64,000 nucleotides of DNA, taken from NCBI GenBank assembly GCA_002011125.2, contig MTMF02000009.1, forward strand, positions 1,544,989 to 1,608,988, given 5' to 3'. Shown one piece after another: positions 38,178 to 47,166 of this stretch. Each line of letters starts with the position of its first letter. The first letter of the stretch is position 1. This stretch comes from Candidatus Hydrothermarchaeum profundi (lineage in GTDB: Archaea > Hydrothermarchaeota > Hydrothermarchaeia > Hydrothermarchaeales > Hydrothermarchaeaceae). The translations under genes and the position numbers were made by a program. The notes below the pieces were generated by a model. That model searched no databases. It saw nothing but the letters and a program-made list of their open reading frames with translations, and was not told where the DNA came from.

Positions 38178-39140
38178 TCACTCTACCCTCCTCTGCCATT
38201 TCAATAACCTACTTTGAATTCTATCTGATATACCTGTCCACACTACTACCACAAACGCAATCAAGAAAATAGCAGCGACTATTTTATCATATTCAAATAG
38301 ATCAGCATAATACAGGACATACCATCCTAGTCCTGGTTCAGAGTGAGATCCGCCAATACCCTCTGCCACAGCCAGTACTATGAATGCAAGGACTAACCCA
38401 ATAAATAATCCAGCATAAATAGAAGGTAAAGCTCCGGGGAAAAGTACTTTAGTATACAATCTTTTCTCACTAACACCGAGAGTTCGCGCTGCTTCTATAT
38501 ACTTCACGTCTAGCGTTCTCACACCGTAGATTGTATTAACTATTATCGGCCAAAAGGCACCAATAAAGATGATAAAGAGTACAGCCTGATCAATTTTTGG
38601 GAAAAGTTCTATCGCATAAGGTACAAGTATTATTGGAGGAATCGGAGCAACAACTTTAGCAACAGGATAGTATAATCTATCATGAAGATTTGGATATCTT
38701 CCAACTATTAAGCCCAAGGGAATTGCAAATATAATTGCCACAAAATAGCCAATCGCTAAACGCTTTACAGTAGCTAAAGTACTCTTGACAACTAATAAAT
38801 CAAAGTCCGCTAAATAGTAGTAGAAAACCTGGTTCGGTGATGGCCAACGAAGAGGATCCAAAAATCCTAACTTACCGATTGTGACCAGCCATAAGAAAAA
38901 AATACTCCCAAAAATTAGGGATATATCCATTATGGTCCTAACCCGTGTAGGAGATTGTCTTTTCATAAAGTGCCCATAAACAAGGAAAAACAAGGCAAAT
39001 AAAAAAAATGTAAACATCATGCCGTTAAAAACTAATTTTGGTTGATTGGGCCTATTTGCTGCATCCGGAATAAGATAATTTAATATAATAATCAACAGAA
39101 ATATGGACGTTATCGCCGTATATTTTAAACCTCTTGACAT
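38178..39140 (-). CDS. ABC transporter permease, NitT/TauT/SsuC family
   Basis: WPSP, FWPIIVNTIYGV, EAARTLGVS; paralog of the adjacent permease. Confidence 0.92.
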   Translation of the reverse strand: MSRGLKYTAITSIFLLIIILNYLIPDAANRPNQPKLVFNGMMFTFFLFALFFLVYGHFMKRQSPTRVRTIMDISLIFGSIFFLWLVTIGKLGFLDPLRWPSPNQVFYYYLADFDLLVVKSTLATVKRLAIGYFVAIIFAIPLGLIVGRYPNLHDRLYYPVAKVVAPIPPIILVPYAIELFPKIDQAVLFIIFIGAFWPIIVNTIYGVRTLDVKYIEAARTLGVSEKRLYTKVLFPGALPSIYAGLFIGLVLAFIVLAVAEGIGGSHSEPGLGWYVLYYADLFEYDKIVAAIFLIAFVVVVWTGISDRIQSRLLKWQRRVE

Positions 39141-39170
39141 ACACCTCGTTCTTACAAAAAGATATTAGCA

Positions 39171-39207
39171 TATATAAATTTTTCGATATTAATAACGGTT
39201 TTTTCGA
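39171..39207 (-). promoter_or_regulatory. Shared promoter motif, copy 2 (ABC permease/ATPase operon)
   Basis: Minus strand reads TCGAAAAAACCGTTATTAATATCGAAAAATTTATATA. Confidence 0.6.
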
Positions 39208-39274
39208 TAAAACTAAGAAAGATTTATAAATAACTTTCCTCCTAAAATTTAAGAAATTATACGGAGGTACACGT

Positions 39275-39745
39275 ATGTGGGAAAAGATACTTGTAGCATT
39301 TGATGGCTCATTACAGGCGGAACGGGCAGTTACTATAGCTGGAGACCTCGCGCAAAAATATGGGTCAGAACTGACGATTATAAATGTTTATGACGAAAGG
39401 ATATACGAAGAAATTAATAGGAAGCTTCCAAAAATTGCCTATGAATCAAATGTAGAAAAAAGCTCAATGAGACCTATAGATGAATTTATACGGGATGCTG
39501 AAAAAATCGCAGAAAGTGGTGCAGAGATACTAAAGAACATGAAAGTAGATGTCAAGGTCAACACGGTCGGCAGATTAGGCGACCCCGCTAAGGAGATAGT
39601 TGAGTATGCAAAAGAGGGAAATTTCCAATTAATCATCGTTGGCTATAGAGGAATAACTGGGGTAAAAAGATACCTTATGGGCAGTGTTTCAAGAAAAGTA
39701 GTGGAGCATTCACCGTGCTGTACCCTAGTAACAAAGGTGAAATAA
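39275..39745 (+). CDS. Universal stress protein (UspA family)
   Basis: KILVAFDGS, GDPAKEI, IIVGYRG..MGSVSRKV. Confidence 0.93.
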   Translation: MWEKILVAFDGSLQAERAVTIAGDLAQKYGSELTIINVYDERIYEEINRKLPKIAYESNVEKSSMRPIDEFIRDAEKIAESGAEILKNMKVDVKVNTVGRLGDPAKEIVEYAKEGNFQLIIVGYRGITGVKRYLMGSVSRKVVEHSPCCTLVTKVK

Positions 39746-40783
39746 ATGGCTACTATATCAATGAAAGAACGATTTGAACATGCCTTAACATTGCAGGAAG
39801 TAGACCGCGTTCCAGTAATAGTTCCACTAAATACAGGCATACAAGACTTAATGAAAGCATCAAATTGTTATTGGCCAGATGCCCAACGAGAAAGCGGCAA
39901 AATGATTAAACTAGCGTTAGCGGCTCATGAAATAGCCGGGATCGAGAACGTGACTGTACCCTTTGATAATTTTCTTGAGGTCGAGGCGATGGGATGTAAA
40001 CTAGAAGGGTGGTCAGAAAAAAGCCAACCGAAACCAGTTCCACTAATCGACAATCCGCCTGATTTTAAAAAAATTAGGATACCAAACCCAGAAACAGATG
40101 GAAGGATGCCTATAGTGCTAGAATCGATCCAAAAACTTTCAGGCAATATAGGCGATAAACTTCCTATAATCGCCTATATTTCAGCGCCTTTTGAAATCGT
40201 GTCAACAATTTGGAATCCCAACACTTTGATTAACTATATAGAATATGATACAACGCCTCTTAAGGTTTTATTAGATAAAGTAACATCATTCGTTATTACA
40301 TACGGTAAAGCTCTCGTCAACAGCGGAGCAACAACATTAACGCTAGTTGACGGAAATTCCCAGAATCTTTTTGGTATTGATATGGGTATGGAGTACGCAT
40401 TCGATGGAGTCGAGCCAGAATACTATGAAGAATTTTCATATAAATACGTTAAAAAAGTGATAAAAGCATTGAAAGTTCCTGTGATATACCATGTATGCGG
40501 TGATACTACACCCATACTTGATCACATGGCTGAAACAGGAGCTATGGGCTTGAGTGTTGACCGTGTAGAGATACGTACATGTAAAGAAATAGTTGGAGAT
40601 AATGCGGCGGTTATTGGTAATATTTCGGTCGAAACACTTTGGAAAGGCGCACAAACCGAAATAGAAAAAGAGGCCAAAAGAGCTATTGAACAAGGCGTAG
40701 ATATTCTTGCCCCGGGTTGCAATCTAGTTCCGACAACTCCCCTAGAAAACGTAAGGGCTATGGTCAACACGGTGCTTAAATAA
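39746..40783 (+). CDS. MtaA/CmuA (UroD-fold) corrinoid-dependent methyltransferase
   Basis: VDRVPV, VPFD..EVEAMG, GRMPIV, HVCG, PGC. Confidence 0.88.
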   Translation: MATISMKERFEHALTLQEVDRVPVIVPLNTGIQDLMKASNCYWPDAQRESGKMIKLALAAHEIAGIENVTVPFDNFLEVEAMGCKLEGWSEKSQPKPVPLIDNPPDFKKIRIPNPETDGRMPIVLESIQKLSGNIGDKLPIIAYISAPFEIVSTIWNPNTLINYIEYDTTPLKVLLDKVTSFVITYGKALVNSGATTLTLVDGNSQNLFGIDMGMEYAFDGVEPEYYEEFSYKYVKKVIKALKVPVIYHVCGDTTPILDHMAETGAMGLSVDRVEIRTCKEIVGDNAAVIGNISVETLWKGAQTEIEKEAKRAIEQGVDILAPGCNLVPTTPLENVRAMVNTVLK

Positions 40784-40792
40784 TTTATATTT

Positions 40793-41485
40793 ATGACAAA
40801 AAACATAGCAGACCAGATAAAAGATTATGCACTTAAAAATGGGGCAAAACTAGTAGGTATAGCAGATTCAAGATTACTGGATAAAAAAGCCCCACGGGGG
40901 CATAGGCCACAGGACATCTTAAGTGATGCAAAATCTGTAATTGTGGTTGCAGTTCCACAACCTAGGGGGATTATAAGTGATTCATTGCCAACCGAATATA
41001 CTAGGTGCATATACACTGCCGAAATAAAATTAGAACTACTGACATTCGATATATCGAATATAATAGACGAAAAAGGTTACAAATCAATTCCTATACCTGT
41101 TAAAATGGAATATAGCATGGATGTTGAAAAATTAATGGGGGATATATCGCATAAACATGCTGCAGTATATGCTGGACTTGGGCAAATTGGAAAAAATTCT
41201 CTTTTAATAACACCAGAATACGGAAATAGGGTGTACTTGGCATCCATAGTAACCAATGCTCCCATGAGCTACGATATTCCATTTAAGAAACAATTTTGCG
41301 ATAAGGAATGCCAAAAATGTATAGAAGCTTGTCCAGTAAGGGCTATTCCAAAAGATGGAAGTGCCCTAATAGACAAAATGAAATGCTATCTGTATTGTAA
41401 AACTCAAAAGGAGCGCTATCCAATTACGAAGGGCCTATACTCCTGCAGAGAGTGCAGGAGGGTCTGCCCATTTTCAAAAGTTTAG
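40793..41485 (+). CDS. QueG-like (epoxyqueuosine reductase family) cobalamin/4Fe-4S protein
   Basis: SHKHAAVYAGLGQIGKNSLLITPEYG, CQKCIEACP, CRECRRVCP. Confidence 0.82.
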   Translation: MTKNIADQIKDYALKNGAKLVGIADSRLLDKKAPRGHRPQDILSDAKSVIVVAVPQPRGIISDSLPTEYTRCIYTAEIKLELLTFDISNIIDEKGYKSIPIPVKMEYSMDVEKLMGDISHKHAAVYAGLGQIGKNSLLITPEYGNRVYLASIVTNAPMSYDIPFKKQFCDKECQKCIEACPVRAIPKDGSALIDKMKCYLYCKTQKERYPITKGLYSCRECRRVCPFSKV

Positions 41486-41511
41486 CCCGGTATGCAACAT
41501 GATTCCTTATC

Positions 41512-42777
41512 ATGAAACTTGATCTAAAAGCAAAGCTAGCAGATCCGAAGAATAGAATCTTATTTTTATGTTGCAGTGGCATAGCATTCTCTTGGATTCC
41601 TTGGTTTAATTATTCCGCTGTGCTACCTATATTGAAGGAGGAGTTTAGTTTAACGAGCGCAGAAGCGGGAAAAATCATGGGAGGATTTCAATTAGGCTAC
41701 GTTTTAACTGTATTGATTACAGGAGTAATAGCTGACAAAATAGGAAAAAAACCAATCCTCGTGATTTCATCACTAATTACTGGGGTCGCTTCAATAGCTT
41801 TCGCCTTATTTGCTAAAGACTATTTCTCAGCTTTGATTTTGAGAGTTTTAATAGGTATGGGATGCGGAGGTGTATATGCTCCAGGGTTAGCGCTTCTTTC
41901 AAGTTGGTTTTCACCACGAGCTAGAGGAATGGCTTTCGGTGCATACACCGGGTCTTCTGTCTTTTCCTATGCTCTTGGATACTTCCTAACTGCACCTATT
42001 GCAGCTGTAGGGGGATGGCAGAAGGGCATATTATTTACATCCTATCCCGTTTTCATTGCTGTGTTATTTTTTGGTTTAGTAAAAGAACCGCTTACGTCAG
42101 ATTCTAGTCGAATAGAGGACTCACCACTCATGTCTGTTAAGAATATACAATTAGTCCCTCTAATCTTGATTACAATTGCTTACATGGCACACATGTGGGA
42201 ACAATTTGCTTTTTGGGGATGGGTAGGCCCTTATCTCTCAGCAGCAGGGGTTACCCATGGGATGGGCAAAGAGGAAGCCTTAACAATAGGCGGATTAATA
42301 GCTTCTATTACTATAATGATGGGTGTGTTTTCTCCATTTATAGGAGGTAAAATATCTGATAAATTAGGTCGAACTTTTACTGCGGCTTTTTTTTCTATAT
42401 TAAGCGCGATCTGTTCTTTTATTTTTGGCTGGCTAATTATAAAACCGTTTAATACAATCGTTGTCGCTAGCCTGATTTATGGATTTTTCGTAGTAGCGGA
42501 TTCTGCAATCTATAAAGCCGGTTTATCTGAAATGGTTCCTTCAACTTTTTTAACGAGCGCTCTAGCAATTCAATCAGCTGCCGGATTTGGAGCCGCAATA
42601 ATTTCTCCAGGTATATTTGGAATCATCCTAGATTTTACCAACACATCCTCAAGCATTCAAATCCCGTGGGGATGGGCGTTTGTGAGTTTAGGAATAGGTT
42701 CACTAATCAGCCCAATATGCCTAAGTATTCTGAGGTCTCACCCCCATAGTACTGCTATGACATCTGGAAAAAGATAG
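41512..42777 (+). CDS. MFS transporter
   Basis: About 12 TM helices, GVIADKIGKK and GKISDKLGR motif A. Confidence 0.93.
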   Translation: MKLDLKAKLADPKNRILFLCCSGIAFSWIPWFNYSAVLPILKEEFSLTSAEAGKIMGGFQLGYVLTVLITGVIADKIGKKPILVISSLITGVASIAFALFAKDYFSALILRVLIGMGCGGVYAPGLALLSSWFSPRARGMAFGAYTGSSVFSYALGYFLTAPIAAVGGWQKGILFTSYPVFIAVLFFGLVKEPLTSDSSRIEDSPLMSVKNIQLVPLILITIAYMAHMWEQFAFWGWVGPYLSAAGVTHGMGKEEALTIGGLIASITIMMGVFSPFIGGKISDKLGRTFTAAFFSILSAICSFIFGWLIIKPFNTIVVASLIYGFFVVADSAIYKAGLSEMVPSTFLTSALAIQSAAGFGAAIISPGIFGIILDFTNTSSSIQIPWGWAFVSLGIGSLISPICLSILRSHPHSTAMTSGKR

Positions 42778-42815
42778 AGAATTGAGCGAATATTAGGGAG
42801 GAGAAAAAAGAGAAA

Positions 42816-42986
42816 TTATACTTTTTTGACTATCCTCCCTTCCTTTTCTTTATCCTCGCTTAACAAACACTTTTTTAGTTCCACGTCCCATATGTCTCTC
42901 GGCCTAATATCATAGTCTCTTACAATCTCAGGGGGTATCACAAAAACAAGATAATTCCCCCACATCCTAACACGCATCGCCGTCAT
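42816..42986 (-). CDS. AbrB/MazE/SpoVT-family DNA-binding protein, 56 aa (not in ORF track)
   Basis: Manual translation MTAMRVRMWGNYLVFVIPPEIVRDYDIRPRDIWDVELKKCLLSEDKEKEGRIVKKV. Confidence 0.75.
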   Translation of the reverse strand: MTAMRVRMWGNYLVFVIPPEIVRDYDIRPRDIWDVELKKCLLSEDKEKEGRIVKKV

Positions 42987-43015
42987 AGGGCCTAAAACCT
43001 TTATAATAAAATCTA

Positions 43016-43687
43016 CTAATTTTTCTTTCCTTCTTCGATTCCCATTAACCTTTTAGCTACTATAACCGCATCAAAAGCATCCTCACCGTATCCATCTGCT
43101 CCAATCCTATCTGCATACTCTTGAGAGAGAGGGGCGCCGCCGATAAGTACTTTATATTTATCTCTCAGGCCTTTTTGTTTTAATAGTTCAATTAAATTCT
43201 TTGTTTGGTCCATTGTAGTGGTTAGCAGAGCACATGCTGCAATAATGTCAGCGTTTACTTTTTCAGCTTCTTCGATGAATTTTTCTAATGGAACATCAAT
43301 GCCTAAATCGTAAACCTCAAACCCCGCTGCCGTTAGAGCACTTTCTACCATATTCTTCCCAATATCATGGATATCATTTTGAACTGTACCAAAAACAATT
43401 CTTCCTAGCTTTTCACCTTTACCAAATTCTTTTGCAGCTTTCTCCTCGAGCTTAGGTTTCAGTACCTCAAACCCCGCCTTAAAAGCATGAGCACTTAAAA
43501 GCATTTCGGTGATAAAATATTCTCCTTTATTAAATTTCTCGCCTACGACTTGCATAGCATCGCTCATAGTTTTAACAATGACGTCCACGTCAATATTATC
43601 CTCTAGAGCTTTTTTAACCACGTCAGGTACTTCCGCTCTTTTACCTGCAATTACCAGCTCAGATAATTGTTTCAAAATTTCACTCAT
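43016..43687 (-). CDS. Methyltransferase cognate corrinoid protein
   Basis: DIHDIGKN B12-binding motif, LLTTTM, IGGAP. Confidence 0.94.
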   Translation of the reverse strand: MSEILKQLSELVIAGKRAEVPDVVKKALEDNIDVDVIVKTMSDAMQVVGEKFNKGEYFITEMLLSAHAFKAGFEVLKPKLEEKAAKEFGKGEKLGRIVFGTVQNDIHDIGKNMVESALTAAGFEVYDLGIDVPLEKFIEEAEKVNADIIAACALLTTTMDQTKNLIELLKQKGLRDKYKVLIGGAPLSQEYADRIGADGYGEDAFDAVIVAKRLMGIEEGKKN

Positions 43688-44771
43688 TAAGTATCACCTC
43701 ACCATCATCCTTGTATTTAGTGGATTTACCAATCTTGATTAAAGTCTGAATGTTTTCAAACGGTACTGTTGGAGGAACATCACACCCCGCAGAAAGTACG
43801 TAGCCTCCTCCTTTTGCCGCCTGTTCAATGCATTTTCTAGCATTTTTAGCTACATCTTCTGGAGTACCTGCATTTAATACATTAATCTGGTCAACATTTC
43901 CTCCAAGACATATTTTATCTCCGATTTCTCTCTTTGCCAAGCCTAAATTAAATTTTGGATCAACTAGGAAAAACTCTGCACCAGTTTCAGGTAATAGCTC
44001 ATACCTATTGTCTGGTTCCCAATTATTGCACATATGCAACCAAATAACAGAGCCTTCGGAATGATAATGGTCGACTAGTTTTTTCTGATATGGCAAAGCA
44101 AATTTTTGATAATTTAGTTTGGAGATTAAACCCGGAGCCGCCATTGGGTCTGTTATAACAACCATTTGCTCTTTTAAGACACCATCTTCAATAAGAGGGC
44201 GATAATATTCCATATGAAACTTAGTTGAAAACTCAAGGAGTTTATGAACTAACTCAGGATTTTCAGCTAAATTCATCATCAAATTTTCTATCCCCATGAA
44301 TTGTCCAGAATATGTAAAAGGGCCAAAAGCTGTCATACATACTAACACTTCATCTCCAACTCTATCTACGACTAACCGGGTAGCATCCCTAATCGCAGTA
44401 ACGATTCTGTCCTCATCTAGCGCGCCTGATTCTAGCTTTGCATAAAGCTGATTAATATCTTCCTCATTTTTTACCATAAACGGCGGAGCAATATCTGGTG
44501 GCGCACTTACTCCCATATATTTTAAATTTCCACCTAATGCAGCAACTGGAAAATTATTCATGCCTGAGCCGCAAAAAATAATATCCGATTGCACTTTCTC
44601 ATTAATTGAAATATATGTGTTTGCCATTTTTTCAGCACTTTCAGGCCATTTCTCCCATGAATCATTAGTGTTGTATACTATCCACATCCCCCCTCCAAAC
44701 CAGGGAGTAACCGGTAATCTTTCCGGAACGCCTAATTTAAAGGCTTCCAATACAACTTCTTTGGAATTCAT
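43680..44771 (-). CDS. UroD-fold (MtaA/CmuA-like) methyltransferase
   Basis: GPFTYSG, LHMC, GGNVD, LSAGCDVP; start ATG 44771 after AGGAGG (track 44843). Confidence 0.86.
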   Translation of the reverse strand: MNSKEVVLEAFKLGVPERLPVTPWFGGGMWIVYNTNDSWEKWPESAEKMANTYISINEKVQSDIIFCGSGMNNFPVAALGGNLKYMGVSAPPDIAPPFMVKNEEDINQLYAKLESGALDEDRIVTAIRDATRLVVDRVGDEVLVCMTAFGPFTYSGQFMGIENLMMNLAENPELVHKLLEFSTKFHMEYYRPLIEDGVLKEQMVVITDPMAAPGLISKLNYQKFALPYQKKLVDHYHSEGSVIWLHMCNNWEPDNRYELLPETGAEFFLVDPKFNLGLAKREIGDKICLGGNVDQINVLNAGTPEDVAKNARKCIEQAAKGGGYVLSAGCDVPPTVPFENIQTLIKIGKSTKYKDDGEVILNE

Positions 44772-44882
44772 ATTATTTCCCTCCTGTTTTTTAAAGTGTT
44801 TAAAAAACTTCGGTATATTTAAGTTTTTCGCAGTTTTTATCAATCAAAAAAAGCTTCAGTCCCGGTATACGATGATCATCTT

Positions 44883-44919
44883 TCAAAAAAACAGAATTGT
44901 CATTCGAAAAATTTAAATA
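44883..44919 (+). promoter_or_regulatory. Shared promoter motif, copy 3 (SBP-cupredoxin-mtrH operon)
   Basis: TCAAAAAAACAGAATTGTCATTCGAAAAATTTAAATA. Confidence 0.6.
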
Positions 44920-44958
44920 TTTGGTCCAAAAAAAAATAAAAAAACATTCCACTGGGGG

Positions 44959-46278
44959 GTGACAAAAATTAAGAAGGTGAAACCAAAAGGGAAAACTCTA
45001 AAGGATGAAGAGATATATAAAGAATGGATTGAAGCCGATGACGACTCTATGGAAATTTCAAGAAGAGAATTTATAAAAAGTGTCGGATTTCTCGGAGGAA
45101 CCGTCTTTTTAGGCAGTTTTCTTTCCGGCTGTGTGACGGGTACTAAAGAAGCCGCTCCAGCTCCCGAAACTCAAGCTCCTGCTGCCGAAGAAACCCCTGC
45201 CGCTGAAAGGGCAATGGAATACAAAATTCGAGTAGGTTACCTGCCGGCTACCCACGATTCACTATTCTTTAGCGCAATGGAAGCAGGCTACTTTAAAGAA
45301 CTTGGCTTAGAAGTAGAGCCATATATATTTTATTCTGGGGGGAAGATGGGGGAAGCTACAGCAGCCGGAAAACTTGATGCGTTCATAGTTGGAAGCACAG
45401 CCCCGATGTACTATATAGCAAAAGGTGCTCCTATCAGCATCGTTGGAGGAGACGCATTTTATGGCTCAGGAATAGTTACTAAACCAGAGAATGTTAATAA
45501 GCTAAATAAAAAAGATATCAACATATTTAGAGGTAAAACCATAGCTACGGTAAGATTAGGTACTGCCGATGGGATATGGCGAGGATATCTGTGGGACGCA
45601 GGCATCCGAAGTTGGGATGGATCAGATATGGTTAACGGTATGAGGACTTTGGATCTTGGAAGTCCTGGAGACGTCGTAGCTGCAGTAAGGGGTAATAAAG
45701 CATTAGGTGGTCTTGTATGGGAGCCCTATGTCAGTCTAGCAGATTTAGAAGGATATCCTCCTTCTTTTTGGATCAAGTGGCTAGACCCTCATTCCTGCTG
45801 TAGAACTAGTATGAATGACGACTTTCTTAAAGCGAATCCAGAAGCAGCAGTAAGGTTCCAACAAGGGATAATGATGGCTGAAAGGGATTACTATCTAAAT
45901 CCAGAAAATTGGGACGAGTTTATTGAGCAATCTGACGTATGGCTGAGGATAGGCTACGACTCGCTTTATAGAGGATTATTCTACAGAGAGCCCGCATTAG
46001 ATGGAGACTTTAGACTTAGGCTTGGTAGTGGATTAGCAAAGCCGAATACGGATAGATTTGCAGATATAATCTACAAGTGGCTAGGATGGGACCAAACCAT
46101 AGTGTCAACAATAAAATCAAAGGTGAATCCACAGATCAATTTAGAAGCTGCCAAAAGACTAGGCCACTCTGAAGAGGAAGCGAAAAGGCTAACTAACTTG
46201 AACCCAGATACTAAGGCCTATATGAAAGCTGTCGGAATATCGGACGATGTCATAGAGAAGAGCTTTTTCGTTACATAA
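44959..46278 (+). CDS. Tat-exported lipoprotein, ABC substrate-binding protein (NitT/TauT/SsuA family)
   Basis: SRREFIK Tat motif, LSGC lipobox, IRVGYLP, WEPY, HSCC. Confidence 0.9.
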   Translation: MTKIKKVKPKGKTLKDEEIYKEWIEADDDSMEISRREFIKSVGFLGGTVFLGSFLSGCVTGTKEAAPAPETQAPAAEETPAAERAMEYKIRVGYLPATHDSLFFSAMEAGYFKELGLEVEPYIFYSGGKMGEATAAGKLDAFIVGSTAPMYYIAKGAPISIVGGDAFYGSGIVTKPENVNKLNKKDINIFRGKTIATVRLGTADGIWRGYLWDAGIRSWDGSDMVNGMRTLDLGSPGDVVAAVRGNKALGGLVWEPYVSLADLEGYPPSFWIKWLDPHSCCRTSMNDDFLKANPEAAVRFQQGIMMAERDYYLNPENWDEFIEQSDVWLRIGYDSLYRGLFYREPALDGDFRLRLGSGLAKPNTDRFADIIYKWLGWDQTIVSTIKSKVNPQINLEAAKRLGHSEEEAKRLTNLNPDTKAYMKAVGISDDVIEKSFFVT

Positions 46279-46303
46279 ACTGGCTAACTAAAAGCCCGAA
46301 GAG

Positions 46304-47101
46304 GTGAAAGATATGAGAAAATTCTGGCTCAGTATTTTTTTAGTAGTAATTGCCGCTGTAGGCATATATGTAAGCGAAGTTCAAGCGCCGGAGCCAGTTA
46401 CACCTATGCCAATGATCAAACCTACAGGAGCTGTTAAAGAAATACCGTTACAAGTTAATATTCGAGGATTTTTCCCTCAGAATCCCTCTACATGGTTTGT
46501 AACTGAGGGGGATACTGTAAGGATTTTAGTGACATCTGTTGATGACAGCTATGCTAAAGGGGTCTCAGAGGGAGCCCATGAACACACATTCAACATAGAC
46601 GAATACAATATTCATCTTACTATTCCACCTGGGGAAACACGGATGGCAGAGTTTATGGTAGATGATAGAGCAGAAAGAGTGGCATTTTATTGTAGTTTAC
46701 CAGGACACAGATACCAAGAAAATGGAGTAATTGAAATAAGAAAGCAAGCAGTAGAACCTACTGGCTTTATTAGAGTAATTCCGCTCTCAGTCAATATTAA
46801 GGGCTTTACATTACCGAGCTACTATGCTTACCATGCAACCAGTAACACAATTAAAGTCAATCTAGGTGACACAGTCCGGCTTATTGTGACATCTGTTGAT
46901 GACAGCTATGCTAAAGGGGTCTCAGAGGGAGCCCATGAACACACATTCAACATAGACGAATACAATATTCATAGAGTGGTCCCTGCAGGTGAAAGTATAT
47001 ATGTAGAATTTTTAGCAGATAAGCCTGGACATTTCACATACTACTGCGATAAACCCGGACATAGATATCAAGAACAAGGAACTCTATTAGTAGGATTTTA
47101 A
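46304..47101 (+). CDS. Exported protein with two cupredoxin domains
   Basis: Two copies of GDTVR..HEHTFNID..YC-x2-PGHRYQE-x-G. Confidence 0.85.
   Translation: MKDMRKFWLSIFLVVIAAVGIYVSEVQAPEPVTPMPMIKPTGAVKEIPLQVNIRGFFPQNPSTWFVTEGDTVRILVTSVDDSYAKGVSEGAHEHTFNIDEYNIHLTIPPGETRMAEFMVDDRAERVAFYCSLPGHRYQENGVIEIRKQAVEPTGFIRVIPLSVNIKGFTLPSYYAYHATSNTIKVNLGDTVRLIVTSVDDSYAKGVSEGAHEHTFNIDEYNIHRVVPAGESIYVEFLADKPGHFTYYCDKPGHRYQEQGTLLVGF
46529..46972. repeat. Two identical 87-bp direct repeats (46529-46615 and 46886-46972)
   Basis: gtgacatctgttgat...tacaatattcat occurs twice, 357 bp apart. Confidence 0.95.
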
Positions 47102-47111
47102 AAACAAAGTC

Positions 47112-47136
47112 GGGATGGAGAATTCTTCTCCATCCC
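47112..47136. terminator. Intergenic hairpin (terminator or mRNA stability element)
   Basis: GGGATGGAGAA-TTC-TTCTCCATCCC, 11-bp perfect stem. Confidence 0.55.
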
Positions 47137-47166
47137 AAATAATATTTTTAAGTAACTTGGAGAGAG

